From NCBI GenBank assembly GCA_002269645.1, contig NIVC01000001.1:558001-622000 (forward strand): a DNA stretch of 64,000 nt, written 5' to 3'. Below the pieces are notes generated by a model. It saw nothing but the letters and a program-made list of their open reading frames with translations, ran no database searches and was not told where the DNA came from. The stretch is from Macrostomum lignano. Lineage: Eukaryota. The position numbers and the translations under genes are program-made. Positions 1-12,234 of the stretch are shown one piece after another; within the stretch, counting starts at the first letter, position 1, and the number at the start of each line of letters is the position of its first letter.

Positions 1-3000
1 TACACTACTAACAGTAGTAGTAGAGTTAGCACAGCAGTCGCCAAGTATTACTGCAGCAGAGAGTCAAAAATCGTTAAAATTTCTCCCCACCATGCCATAG
101 TAGAGATCGCAACTCGGTACAATAACTCAAGTGAGTTGGTGCCTAGCAACACAAACTGCAAGTTCGTCATCCGAGGCTGGACCCATTCGCGATATCTCAT
201 CACAGTTGTCGATGCCGACTTGGAAAAAGACGCCGCCTACCTGGAAGTGACTGACAGCAACGGGACCCTGCTGCACGATGTCAATCTGCACTTCAGCAGG
301 CGGCTGGCTGTCAGCCGCAGCGGCTCCATCTCCGTGAACTTCTCGATGGGCTGGCACAGCCGGCGAACCGGGTCAGGAGGCGGAGGCTACCGGATCCGAT
401 TGGAGCGATTATTCAGTCACCAGTGCCCGCCGAACTGGACTCAGGCTGTGTGGACTGAGAACCAGAGCTTCTGCATCAGCCCTTCATCAGCTGATTTTCT
501 TGGCCTGGGCGCTAACGCTACTGCCGTCGCTGATTACATCACGGCGCAGTACATCTGCAACCGATTGAGAGCCAACCTGCTGATGCCACCAAAGGTGACG
601 GCCTCTTGGTCTGTCAACTAAAATATGAGCATTTGATGTGCTTCCAAAGGATTGTTGGTGCCCCCCACCGGAATTTTTTTTTAGTAAGAAACGAAGTAAG
701 AGCTCTCCCTTGGTGCTTGGAGCTCGTCTTGCTAGTTCGCCCAGTGTTGATTCCCCTGGTGCTGATTCCCCTGGTGCTGATTCCCCTGGTGCTGATTCCC
801 CTGGTGCTGATTCCCCTGGTGCTGATTCCCCTGGTGCTGATTCCCCTGGTGCTGATTCCCCTGGTGCTGATTCCCCTGGTGCTGATTCCCCTGGTGCTAA
901 TTCCCCTGGTGCTGATTCCCATGTAGCTAAATCCCCTGGTGCTAAATCCCCTGGTGCTAAATCCCCTGGTGCTAAATCCCCTGGTGCTAAATCCCCTGGT
1001 GCTAAATCCCCTGGTGCTAAATCCCCTGGTGCTAAATCCCCTGGTGCTAAATCCCCTGGTGCTAAATCCCCTGGTGCTAAATCCCCTGGTGCTAAATCCC
1101 CTGGTGCTAAATCCCCTGGTGCTAAATCCCCTGGTGCTAAATCCCCTGGTGCTAAATCCCCTGGTGCTAAATCCCCTGGTGCTAAATCCCCTGTAGCTGA
1201 ATCACCTGTTGCTAAATTCCCTGGAGTAAAATCCCCAGGTGTTAAAGCCCCTGGCGCCCCCCGGCCACTTATCAGCGGTTTATGCGCACTTTTAATTATT
1301 ACTCATTTTTTCTTTCTCAATTTGCAGTCCCGACGCAAATCAAAGCTCGGCGATCTGCAGACATGGCTTTACTATAAAGACCTGGTGTGGATCGGCCTGA
1401 TGAGCAACAGTTCAGCCGCTCCTGGCGACAATCTCTATTGGCTTGACAAGTCGCATGAGCAACCGCAAAAGTGAGATGCAGCTTTACAAGTTTGCTTTCA
1501 TACAAAAATGTAGGGGAGCATTTCAAATTCCACAATTTTGCAACTTCACATTGTCTTCTTTTTTACAACTAAAATTTCACTGCATCAAGTTTTCTTTTGT
1601 TAGCTTCTTACAAACCCCAACCTTCACAATCCCCAATCTTCACGATCCCCAACCTTCACAATCCCCAACCTTCACCATCCCCAACCTTCACAATCCCCAA
1701 CCTTCACAAACACCAACCTTCACAAACCCCAATATTCACAATCCCCAACCTTCACAATCCCCAACCTTCACCATCCCCAACCTTCACAATCCCCAACCTT
1801 CACAATCCCCAACCTTCACAATCCCCAACCTTCACCATCCTCAACCTTCACAATCCCCAACCTTCACAAACACCAACCTTCACCGTCCCCAACCTTCATA
1901 ATCCCCAACCTTCACCATTCCCAATATTCACAATCCCCAACCTTCACAATCCCCAACCTTCACAATCCCCAACCTTCACAAACCCCAACCTTTACAATCC
2001 CCAACCTTCACGATTCCCAATCTTCACGATCCCCAGCCTTCACGATCCCCAATCTTCACGATTCCCAATCTTCACGATCCCAAATATTCACGATCCCTAA
2101 TATTCAAGATCCCCAATATTCACAATCCCCAATATTCACGATCCCCAATATTCACGATCCCCAATATTCACGATCCCCAACCTACACAATCCCATATCTT
2201 TACCATCCCTAATCTTCACAATCCCTAATATGCATCATCCCCAACCTTCACGATCCCCAATATTCACGATCCCCAATATTCACGATCCCCAATATTCACA
2301 ATCCCCAATATTCACGATCCCCAATATTCACGATCCCCAATATTCACAATCCCCAATATTCACAATCCCCAATATTCACGATCCCCAATATTCACGATCC
2401 CCAATATTCACAATCTCCATATTCACAATCCCCAATATTCACGATCCCCAATATTCACGATCCCCAATATTCACGATCCCCAATATTCACGATCCCCAAT
2501 ATTCACAATCCCCAATATTCACGATCCCCAATATTCACGATCCCCAATATTCACAATCCCCAATATTCACAATCCCCAATATTCACGATCCCCAATATTC
2601 ACGATCCCCAATATTCACAATCTCCATATTCACAATCCCCAATATTCACGATCCCCAATATTCACGATCTCCAATATTCACGATCCCCAATATTCAGGAT
2701 CCCCAATATTCACGATCCCCAATATTCACAATCTCCAATATTCACAATCCCCAATATTCACAATCTCCAATATTCACGATCCCTAATATTCACAATCCCC
2801 AATATTCACGATCCCCAATATTCACAATCTCCAATATTCACAATCCCTAATATTCACAATCCCGACCAACGTCAATTTTACAATCAGTTGTTCAAAATTC
2901 CACAAAATTCGAGCCACTTTCAATACCTTTAACAAATCCAGAGACCCCGACTTCCTGACCTGCCGTTCGGGCTACACCTGGTCTTCTGGGTCTGCCTGTC

Positions 3001-3482
3001 AGCTGGGTGAGCTGTTCGGCTTGCTCCGGCCAACACCATCAGCCTATCTACTTTTGGAGCGGCCGAATGAGCAGCACTACTTTGCCTGCTCAGCACCCTT
3101 AGGCGGCACCGATGACTTCTACCCAATGTGGCTTGAGCAGTCACTCTTTAACGTACAAGGTGACCAAACTTCACAGTTACCAGTCAGCGAATATCGAAAG
3201 TTTTTCAATGAAAATTTCAACATCATTATGTCCGCACTGATGCTTGTTGTGGTTGCCATGGCGTTAGTTGGTCTTGTCATGATTTATCGCCTAAAGTTTC
3301 ACAGCGGCATTCCGACTGATAAAAATCTTCGAGCTCGACAACATCCAGCAGATGAAGCACAACAGCCCCTAATTAATAATGGATATCCAGGAAATGGAGA
3401 TATCGAAGAATCAAGAGAAGAATATTTCGACGCTAATCCCAGCACTCATAATGCTGTAGATGCTCATAATATACTACAATAA
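1..3482 (+). CDS. CUB + C-type lectin-like domain single-pass membrane protein (5' end outside window)
   Basis: Frame 1 is open from base 1 to the donor at 595 (AAG|GTGACG). Exon 2 is 1328-1470 (TTTGCAG|...AA|GTGAG) and exon 3 is 2942-3482 (TCCAG|, stop TAA); phases 0 and 2 are consistent. Translation: CUB-like 'C..SNTNCKFVI..YLEV..SISVNF..GYRIR', CTLD-like 'CPPNW..FC..AQYICNRLRANL..VWIGL..W.D..HYFAC', a hydrophobic TM (IIMSALMLVVVAMALVGLVMIY) followed by RLK, and a short cytoplasmic tail. AATAAA at 4520. Confidence 0.72.
748..1200. repeat. 15-bp minisatellite (TCCCCTGGTGCTGAT / TCCCCTGGTGCTAAA), intron 1 of CUB-CTLD gene
   Basis: Tandem copies seen directly; two homogeneous sub-arrays switch at about 920. 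Confidence 0.95.
1612..2865. repeat. 16-bp minisatellite (CAATCCCCAACCTTCA / CGATCCCCAATATTCA), intron 2 of CUB-CTLD gene
   Basis: Tandem copies with a variant gradient along the array. Confidence 0.95.
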
Positions 3483-3534
3483 TGGGGGTTTGTAGCCCTG
3501 GAATCAATCATGCAGCGCGTCTTTGGGGAGATTC

Positions 3535-4195
3535 GGCCATAGACAATAGTAGATCCTGCCATGCTTTAATGGTTTATTGGCCATAGACAATAGTCGATCC
3601 TGCGCGCTTTGATTGTTCATTGGCCATAGACAATAGTCGATCCTGCCACGCTTTAATGGTTAATTGGCCATAGACAATAGTCGATCCTGACACGCTTTAA
3701 AGGTTCATTGGCCAGAGACAATAGTCGATCCTGCGCGCTTTGATTGTGTGATGCTCTGCTGGCAACTCTAGTGCTTGATAAATAACGAAGCTCGTATCTT
3801 GCTTTGCTTGTTTATTTGGCTTTAGGACCACATTAATGCTAGCGGGGGTTGTAACAAGATTATGAAACTAGGACACTTATATATTAGGAAGGGATGAGGG
3901 AGGCGGCATTTGGGCGCAGCGGCCATAGACTATTGCACGAGCGTATGTCAGATTGTTCATTGGCCATAGACAATAGTCGATCCTGCCACGCTTTAATGGT
4001 TCATTGGCCATAGACAATAGTCGATCCTGCCACGCTTTAATGGTTCATTGGCCATAGACAATAGTCGATCCTGCGCGCTTTGATTTTTCATTGGCCATAG
4101 ACAATAGTCGATCCTACGCGCTTTGATTGTTCATTGGCCATAGACAATAGTCGATCCTACGCGCTTTGATTGTTCATTGGCCATAGACAAAAATC
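3535..4195. repeat. 43-44-bp minisatellite (TTCATTGGCCATAGACAATAGTCGATCCTGC...) interrupted by a 204-bp insertion
   Basis: Tandem copies at 3535-3746 and 3951-4195, in the probable 3' UTR of the CUB-CTLD gene. Confidence 0.9.
3747..3950 (-). mobile_element. Probable solo LTR
   Basis: Starts TG(TGATG) and ends (TGT)CA; flanked by the 5-bp duplication GATTG (3742-3746, 3951-3955). On the minus strand a TATA-like TATATA (~3880) precedes AATAAA (3816-3811). Confidence 0.5.
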
Positions 4196-4638
4196 AATCA
4201 TGCGTCCTTTTATGCTTTATTGGCCATAAACCATAGATTTTATCTCGGGCTTATACCAATTAGATGCCTTGAACTGCGAATCAACCTGTGTCATTCAATA
4301 AGTTAATTACTTAAATTTTCATTTCTTTGATCAGTGCAGGCAGAGATGATTAGTATTACATTCGGAAATACAAGTGCATGCCATGTATATTATAAGTTAC
4401 AGCAAGGTTTTAAAATATTGAATAACGTTTGAATATGAAAGGGGAGATCATGCCAAATTATGGATGAATTCAAATCGATATGATTGTTTTCAAAGCTCTG
4501 TAATATTGAGTTTGTCGTAAATAAATGTATACATTACTATTGTAAGACTTACCACAAGAAAAGTATGATTCCATATGTAGATTTAAATAAATAATTCTTT
4601 CTTTGCTGAATTCAAGACAAAACAGTTAAATTATATTT

Positions 4639-5175
4639 GAACCCAATTCTCATGACTCAGATGCTTGACCCAATTCTCATGATGACTCAGGTGCTTGACC
4701 CAATTCTCATGAACATTCAGATGCTTGACACAATTCTCATGATGACTCAGATGCTTGACCCAATTCTCATGATGACTCAGATGCTTGACCCAATTCTCAT
4801 GATGACTCAGATGCTTGACCCAATTCTCATGATGACTCAGATGCTTGACCCAATTCTCATGATGACTCAGGTGCTTGACCCAATTCTCATGAACATTCAG
4901 ATGCTTGACACAATTCTCATGATGACTCAGATGCTTGACCCAATTCTCATGATGACTCAGATGCTTGACCCAATTCTCATGATGACTCAGATGCTTGACC
5001 CAATTCTCATGATGACTCAGATGCTTGATCCAATTCTCATGATGACTCAGATGCTTGACCCAATTCTCATGATGACTCAGATGCTTGACCCAATTCTCAT
5101 GATGACTCAGATGCTTGACCCAATTTTTATGAACACGTACTTAGATGCTTCACCCAAGTCATATGATGACTCAGC
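4639..5175. repeat. 30-bp minisatellite (ATGATGACTCAGATGCTTGACCCAATTCTC)
   Basis: About 17 tandem copies; intergenic, between convergent genes. Confidence 0.95.
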
Positions 5176-5369
5176 ATTTTCAATTCATGCTCAATTCGCT
5201 TGATTCTCTAAAATTTTATTTTTCATCTTATGCAGTCTCTTCATTTGGATGAGACTGCATCAAACCGTTCACCAATAAACAGGGGCGTTGCCATGGATTT
5301 TATGGTGGGGGGACAAAGCCAAGAACTCTACATGTACATTATTTTCAGAATCAGTGTTTTCAGTGCTTA

Positions 5370-5510
5370 TTTTAGCGCCGCAGGCACTCATTTTAGCTCC
5401 ACAGGCACTCATTTTAGCTCCACAGGCACTCATTTTAGCTCCACAGGCACTCATTTTAGCTCCACAGGCACTCATTTTAGCTCCACAGGCACTCGTTTTA
5501 GCGCCGCAGG
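5370..5510. repeat. 21-bp minisatellite (CAGGCACTCATTTTAGCTCCA)
   Basis: About 6 tandem copies. Confidence 0.9.
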
Positions 5511-6682
5511 CGCTATATTTTGGCGCCGTGAAGAAAAATATTGATTTCGATAACGGGTCACGAGGTTACTGGGTGTGGGTGGAGAGGGGAAGCCTCGTCT
5601 TTGAAAAGTACATGAAAACTCTTTCTGTTTAATTTACTACTGAACTGACAGTAGCTTATCCGAAAATGTGCTGAGTGGCCCTTTCGAGAAGCTGTGGTTG
5701 TACCTGTTACCAAGGCCCTCCATAAAGAACAAAGTAGCTTATAAAGAATGAAGATTTGAAACGCCATTTAAAAACAATTGCATTTGTCTGCTGCTATTAA
5801 AGACAACACGTTGGCCATATGAAGAAAGTTTTCAATGCCAAACCTTTTCTTAACATAGTTATATTAAACCAACCGAAAGAAATTTGAACGCATAGAATTC
5901 ATATTATTAATAGTAGTAAGCAGCGCATGTTCCTCGCCTCAAATTGGTCTCGCACCAATCATGCCGCCTACTTACTAAACTACTATTAGTAATCTCTATC
6001 TGCAAAAGATTTGCCCCCCAACCGACACAGGCAGAGCAATACCAGGTAAAACAGAGTAAGGATTGCAATTAACAAAGGCGAGAAGAAAATCATATTAATC
6101 AGATATAAACCTACCTGCCCTCATTTACCTGCCCTAAATGAACAAGCACTGACATTATTTATTCCTGATTAACAAAATTTTAAAGCAGCATAAAATGAGA
6201 AAATCAACGCGCCTGTCAGGAATTGGAATTAAAACAAAATGGCCATTACTAGAGCACATCGAAGGTGATAATGACTTAAATTAATTAATTCAGCATGTAC
6301 TTCTAAAGGGGAATGAACGAACGGACTGTCAAAATCTATTGGCGAATTTATTTCTATTTAGAGAAAATTAATTTCGACTCCAATCGAACAGTTAACATGA
6401 GGCGCAACAGCTTGAACAAGACAAGAAATTGAAAGTGAATTGCATTGATCATTTTGTACCAGAATTAGCGCATCATTTTCCTGTGAAATGTAATTGGAGC
6501 TGGACTCAAACATTACTCACTGCTACAGGCGGTCTTGAAAAACACACACAAGGAAATGCTTTATAGAGTGGGCACGCGACAGCGACAGACACAAGCGGGA
6601 AGATTCTCTGGCAGGCCAGAGGCGCTACAAATGATAGCCTACTTTGTAAACAGGGAAAGCGCACAGCATTGCCGCGCCAAGG

Positions 6683-9600
6683 TCACCACACAGAGGAGGC
6701 CGCAGCTTCGGCTTTGCCATCGTCTGGAGAAGCATCGCTAGGGAAGAATCGCCTCTGCCAGCCGTCCAAATCCACCCAGGGCAGGATGTGCACGCTGGCG
6801 TCTGACCCGGGCAGAGGCACTGAGTACATGTCCAGCAGGGACCGGGAGGTCGCCTGCTCGCTCTCGGACTCAGCATCGGCTGCTGCTGAGGCTTCAACTA
6901 GCGGAGGCAGGGTTGGCCAGTCGTGCAGGAAATTCGGCAGCAGGCGAGGCCCAGAGACCGGCGCGTCGGCTTCAACGGCGTCAGCGTACGGCGCCGATTC
7001 ATGGTCGATGGCTACTTCTGCGGCCTCTTCAACCACGGGATGGCTGACGGCGCTTTCTAAGAATTTGTGCAGCAGAGCCGATTCGCCGTCCGGGGGCAGC
7101 GCGGCGGCCGAGGCGCTGGCGAGGGCAGCCGCTGAGGAGGAGGCAGCAGAGGCGGGACTGTCAAGTCGGCGGCGTTTCCGAGTGGAGCCGCCGGCAGTTT
7201 GCTGCTGCTGCTGCTGCTGTTGCCGGGCGGCCGTCTGCTCAGGTGCCAGGCCGTCCGTCTCTCGAGGCACTTCGTTGTTTAAAATTCGGGCCAGAGTCTC
7301 CGGCCTGAGGCCTTCGCGACCTGTGAGCAGCTCGGCAGTGGACCGGACCTGGGAAAGAAAGGCCGGTCACAAAGGGTAAGACTGCGGTTCGAGTTCAGTT
7401 GTAAGGGGCACTGGGGGTCACTGAAGGATCAGGAAGGGGCATTGGGGGTCACTGAAGGATCAGGAAGGGGGCATTGGGGGTCACTGAAGGATCAGGAAGG
7501 GGTACTGGGGGTCACTGAAGGATCAGGAAGGGGCATTGTGGGTCACTGAAGGATCAGGAAGGGGGACTGGGGGGTCACTGAAGGATCAGGAAGGGGGACT
7601 GGGGGGTCACTGAAGGATAAGGAAGGGGAACTGGGGGTCACTGAAGGATCAGGAAGGGGTAGTAGGGGGGTCACTGAAGGATCAAGAAGGGGTAGTAGGG
7701 GGGTCACTGAAGGATCAGGAAAGGGGCATTGGGGGTCACTGAAGGATCAGGAAAGGGGCATTGGGGGTCACTGAAGGATCAGGAAGGGGCATTGGGGGTC
7801 ACTGAAGGATCAGGAAAGGGGCATTGGGGGTCACTGAAGGATCAGGAAGGGGCATTGGGGGTCACTGAAGGATAAGGAAGGGGAACTGGGGGTCACTGAA
7901 GGATCAGGAAGGGGTAGTAGGGGGGTCACTGAAGGATCAGGAAGGGGTAGTAGGGGGGTCACTGAAGGATCAGGAAAGGGGCATTGGGGGTCACTGAAGG
8001 ATCAGGAAGGGGTACTGGGGGTCACTGAAGGATCAGGAAGGGGCATTGGGGGTCACTGAAGGATTAGGAAGGGGTACTGGGGGTCACTGAAGGATCAGGA
8101 AGGGGCATTGGGGGTCACTGAAGGATCAGGAAGGGGCACTGGGGGTCACTGAAGGATCAGGAAGGGGCATTGGGGGTCACTGAAGGATCAGGAAGGGGCA
8201 CTGGGGGTCACTGAAGGATCAGGAAGGGGCATTGGGGGTCACTGAAGGATCAGGAAGGGGCATTGGGGGTCACTGAAGGATCAGGAAGGGGCACTGGGGG
8301 TCACTGAAGGATCAGGAAGGGGCACTGGGGGTCACTGAAGGATCAGGAAGGGGCATTGGGGGTCACTGAAGGATCAGGAAGGGGAACTGGGGGTCACTGA
8401 AGGATCAGGAAGGGGAACTGGGGGTCATTGAAGGATCAGGAAGGGGTAGTAGGGGGGGTCACTGAAGGATCAGGAAAGGGGCACTGAAGGATCAGGAAGG
8501 GGCACCTGGGGTCACTGAAGGATCAGGAAAAGCGGACTATCACAGAAAGCAGTGAACACGCACTCACCTTAGCCAGCTTGGCGGGAACAGCAGGGGCAGA
8601 GCTGGCGGTATCCCCTGCCGCAGCATTGGCTGCCGCTCGTTTCCGAATGCGCACCGAGGCAGAGGAGGGGGTGGCGGCAGGCGGCGGCACGATCGCAGAG
8701 GCCGATGAGCCGACGGAGCCCACAGAGCCGGACTCGCCGTCGACAGAAGCGGCATTGGCGACAGGAACGGTGGCTTCATCAACAGCGGGTTGAACTGCAA
8801 CAACCTGAGCAGGAGGTGCAGGCACCGGATTCGAGCCGTTGCCATTGACAACCACTGAATAGTTGGGATCGTTAGCCGACACCAATGGCTGCCAGCCTTT
8901 TAATAATCGGCGCAGACGCCGCTGCAAATCCGTGGAATCGGTGAATCGGCGAACCTCGTTGAGCAATTTGCCCAGCCGAGTGGTCTCTAGGTGGGCCCGA
9001 GTCATTGGAAACGACTCCAACATGGAGGCGGCCTGCGACAACTGCTGGGCGCTGGTCACCATCTAGTGAAATGTGAGGTGCGCAGTTCAGTTTATAAATT
9101 CGAAAAAATGCCAATTGCACTACTAAAACAAATGCCAGTATAGCATTTTGCAGTCAAGCCCGAACTGCGGGCATTCAAATTAGACAAGAAGGGAAGAGCC
9201 AAATTTCAGAATCCGTCCCCAAGTCAAGCAGAACTTTATGTCTGTGGCACAAACTGAAACACACTGACGGGCACTCAATTTAGACAACGGGCATTCAAAT
9301 TAGACAAGCAGCGGAAAGTCTATGTGTGCCAGAGAGAAAGACCATGGACAATCCGATTCGTCGCTATGTAAGAATTTCCAGAGAGAAGCGTGACCTCATT
9401 ATTGGGGCATGCCAACGTGGTGACTCTGTGGCTGAAATTGCCAACATGTTGGATGTCAAGAGATCATCAGTGTACAACATCTGGAACAAGTTTGTTCTGA
9501 GCACCCTGTTTTGTTTGTTCACACATGCTTACTTTGTTATAACTTGTTCTTATCTTCAGTTCAGGGTTCACAGAATGGTTGTCTGACAACAGACGCAACA

Positions 9601-12192
9601 CGATCTTGAATTGCCCAGCCAATGCGCCTGAGAACTTGTCTAATTTGAATGCCCCTTGTCTAAATTGAGTGCCCACCAGTGTGATTTTGTCTAGGCCATA
9701 GATAGCATTTGTGCCAGCAGTGAGATCTGGTCAAGCGTCTAATTTGAATGCCCGCAGTTCAAACTTGACTGCAAAATGCTATAGTAAAGTGAGGATTTAG
9801 TAGAATGGGGTTACATTATAATAGTTAAAGATTAACTGCGACTTGTTTTTTATCATCACTGCATAAAAAAGATTAATAGCAGCCAGTGAAACAAGTCTAT
9901 TATATGCTTCTAGGAATCTATTTACTAAATAGTTTATTGACACAACTGTGACAACATTCCAAATTAAGTATTATTATATTTAAAACTAAAATAATAGTTT
10001 TTACTAGAGTTTGTTAAACTACTAAATTGAGTTTTAGACTTTGTAGTAATGCGTGTCACTCAGAATAGGATATTGCTAGAAAGTTTGTATTGGTGGCAAT
10101 GGTGCCATATAAACTCATTGAGATGGGTGTCAAAAAAGGCCTTGGATATACAATGCATGGCCCTAAAGCAGGCCTTAGCTACTTCTAAGTTCTGTTGTTG
10201 CGTTCTGTTGCAGGACATATATTAGCAATAGGCCTAGGAATTATCAAAGTGGATATTGCAAGGCATCTAGCCATGATTGCTCAAAAGCCATAGTCTGGAA
10301 GAGGCATACATGCAAAACCTTGGGATTTACCTAGCAATTTCTATTGGCAACATAAGTTTAAGTTGCTATTGGCTAAGAGTAGTCACATGACTACTATTCC
10401 ATCCAATAACAACTTACACATGTGCGTTGCCAATAGAAATGGCTATGTGAATCCCTAGGTTGTGCCCAAGCATGGGAAGAGAGGTGGTATGCCGAATTAA
10501 TCTAGCATATACTCACAACTTTTGGCGTACACTTGGCATACAAATTTTCTTTTGAAATCTAGTATACTATTTGGCATATAAAAATGGATAGTGAAAAAAT
10601 GGTATGTTCTTGCAGTTGCAGCATCAAATTGTGAAAAAAAGTAAATTTAAATGGAAAGTAATCATTTTGAAAGAATGAAAGAAATCTTAGCATGTAGTAA
10701 CTTTTTGCCATAAAGAGTATTAGGGAAAAAGCAAAAAAGTGAAACAAAGAAGCAAAAAAAGGTCATTTGGTATGCTGCAACACCAGAAATGAGGCTCATA
10801 ATGAGGCTTGTTTTTCCAGGATTATAATTTTGGGTTGGAAAAAATTTGGTATATACTTATTCACTGGTACAACAAAAAAAATTGTAGGAGATTTTAGTCT
10901 AGCATACATTTAGGGTATACCAAACTGTGGCTCAGAAGAGTTATTGCTTAGGATGGACAAAAAATCCTAGTCCTTTTTTTTTAAATGCAAGCAATTACAG
11001 GTTTTGGCTATTGTCATAGCCAATAGCCATCTTAAAGTAGTAGACATAAACATAAGGCAGTGCTTATCCCCACAGTACCGTAGGAATAATTATTCCAATG
11101 GTACTATGGGAATAATTTTCTGCTTATCCGCATGGCACACTGACAAGATAGCTGGCCTATCTTCTACATATGCCATGGGAATAATTTAGTTTAGTACTTA
11201 CAGTTTGAGTGCAGTATAACAATATAACTTTGCTTGACAATTTGTTTAATAAAAGTAAAAATTTAATGGCCTTTTTATGCAAAAAACGCTGGTTGTGGTG
11301 TTGATCCAGATCAACAGCTTCTTAGTATCCTTAATTCAAATTCCCTTTCAAAAAGCTATAAACTATGAATTCATGTACAGTATATATATGTAGAAGATAT
11401 GGCAGCTATCTTGTTAGTGTGTCGTGTGGATAAGCAGAAAATTATTCCCACTGTACCATTGAAATAAGACAGAAATTATTTTTATGGTACCGTCCCTATA
11501 AGAAAAAGTTGTAAAACTGTGGACGGTGTCTGGCGCACTTTTGGAATTTTTCTAAAGTGCAGCGCGTGCATAGGCGCAGCGCTTGCATGCGTGCTGCCTT
11601 TTCTTACTGGCTGCTGTTTTAGCAAATAAATATATATGGAAAAGGGTATAATACCTCTGTGGAAGGGGCTTATACACTCGTAATTTATTAAGCTTAGAGA
11701 TGTTCTTAAAATTCAATTTCAATTTTCCAAAATTTGAATTTTTTTAGAGCAAATTTCAATTTTAAAAAAACTTTAGAAGTGAAAATTTTGGTAGTGTCTA
11801 AAAAGTTGCTAAAAATATAAATGTATTACTTTTTGCTTAAGCAGTAAATTGAAAGTGAATAAGTGAATGTTGATCATACTAAACTTTTTTTCTGAATTAT
11901 GATTTCAGGAAATTTCAATTTTGATTTTTAAAAAGTTAGCGAATTTTGATTTTGACAAAACTGCAGATCTTTTGGAACATCTTTAATAATCCTAAAGCGT
12001 GGTAAAATAGTTTGACTTTTTTCTAAAGCGCACGTCCGTGGGTTTTCAACATTTATTTCAATAGCCTAGGGGGTACCGTGGGGATAAGTACTGCCTAAAC
12101 ATAAAATTGATGCATTGATATATTGCCACATCACACATCTGAAACCTGTGTGAGTTTAAATATTTAAGTAAGGAAGTCATTATTTTTTGTAA

Positions 12193-12234
<42 letters not shown>

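Noticed and set aside
638-1474. 278-aa SPGAD/SPGAK repeat protein
   Set aside because: It is the intronic 15-bp array read in frame with the true exon 1328-1470.
5280-5320. CAGGGGCGTTGCC..GGGGGG as a MITE left end (similar poly-C remnants at about 33325, 40510, 47270)
   Set aside because: No matching right TIR or TSD found.
6669-7379. 236-aa plus-strand ORF, and similar ORFs antisense to XRRA1 and DDR exons
   Set aside because: These are shadow ORFs opposite GC-rich coding exons, with no independent domain signal.
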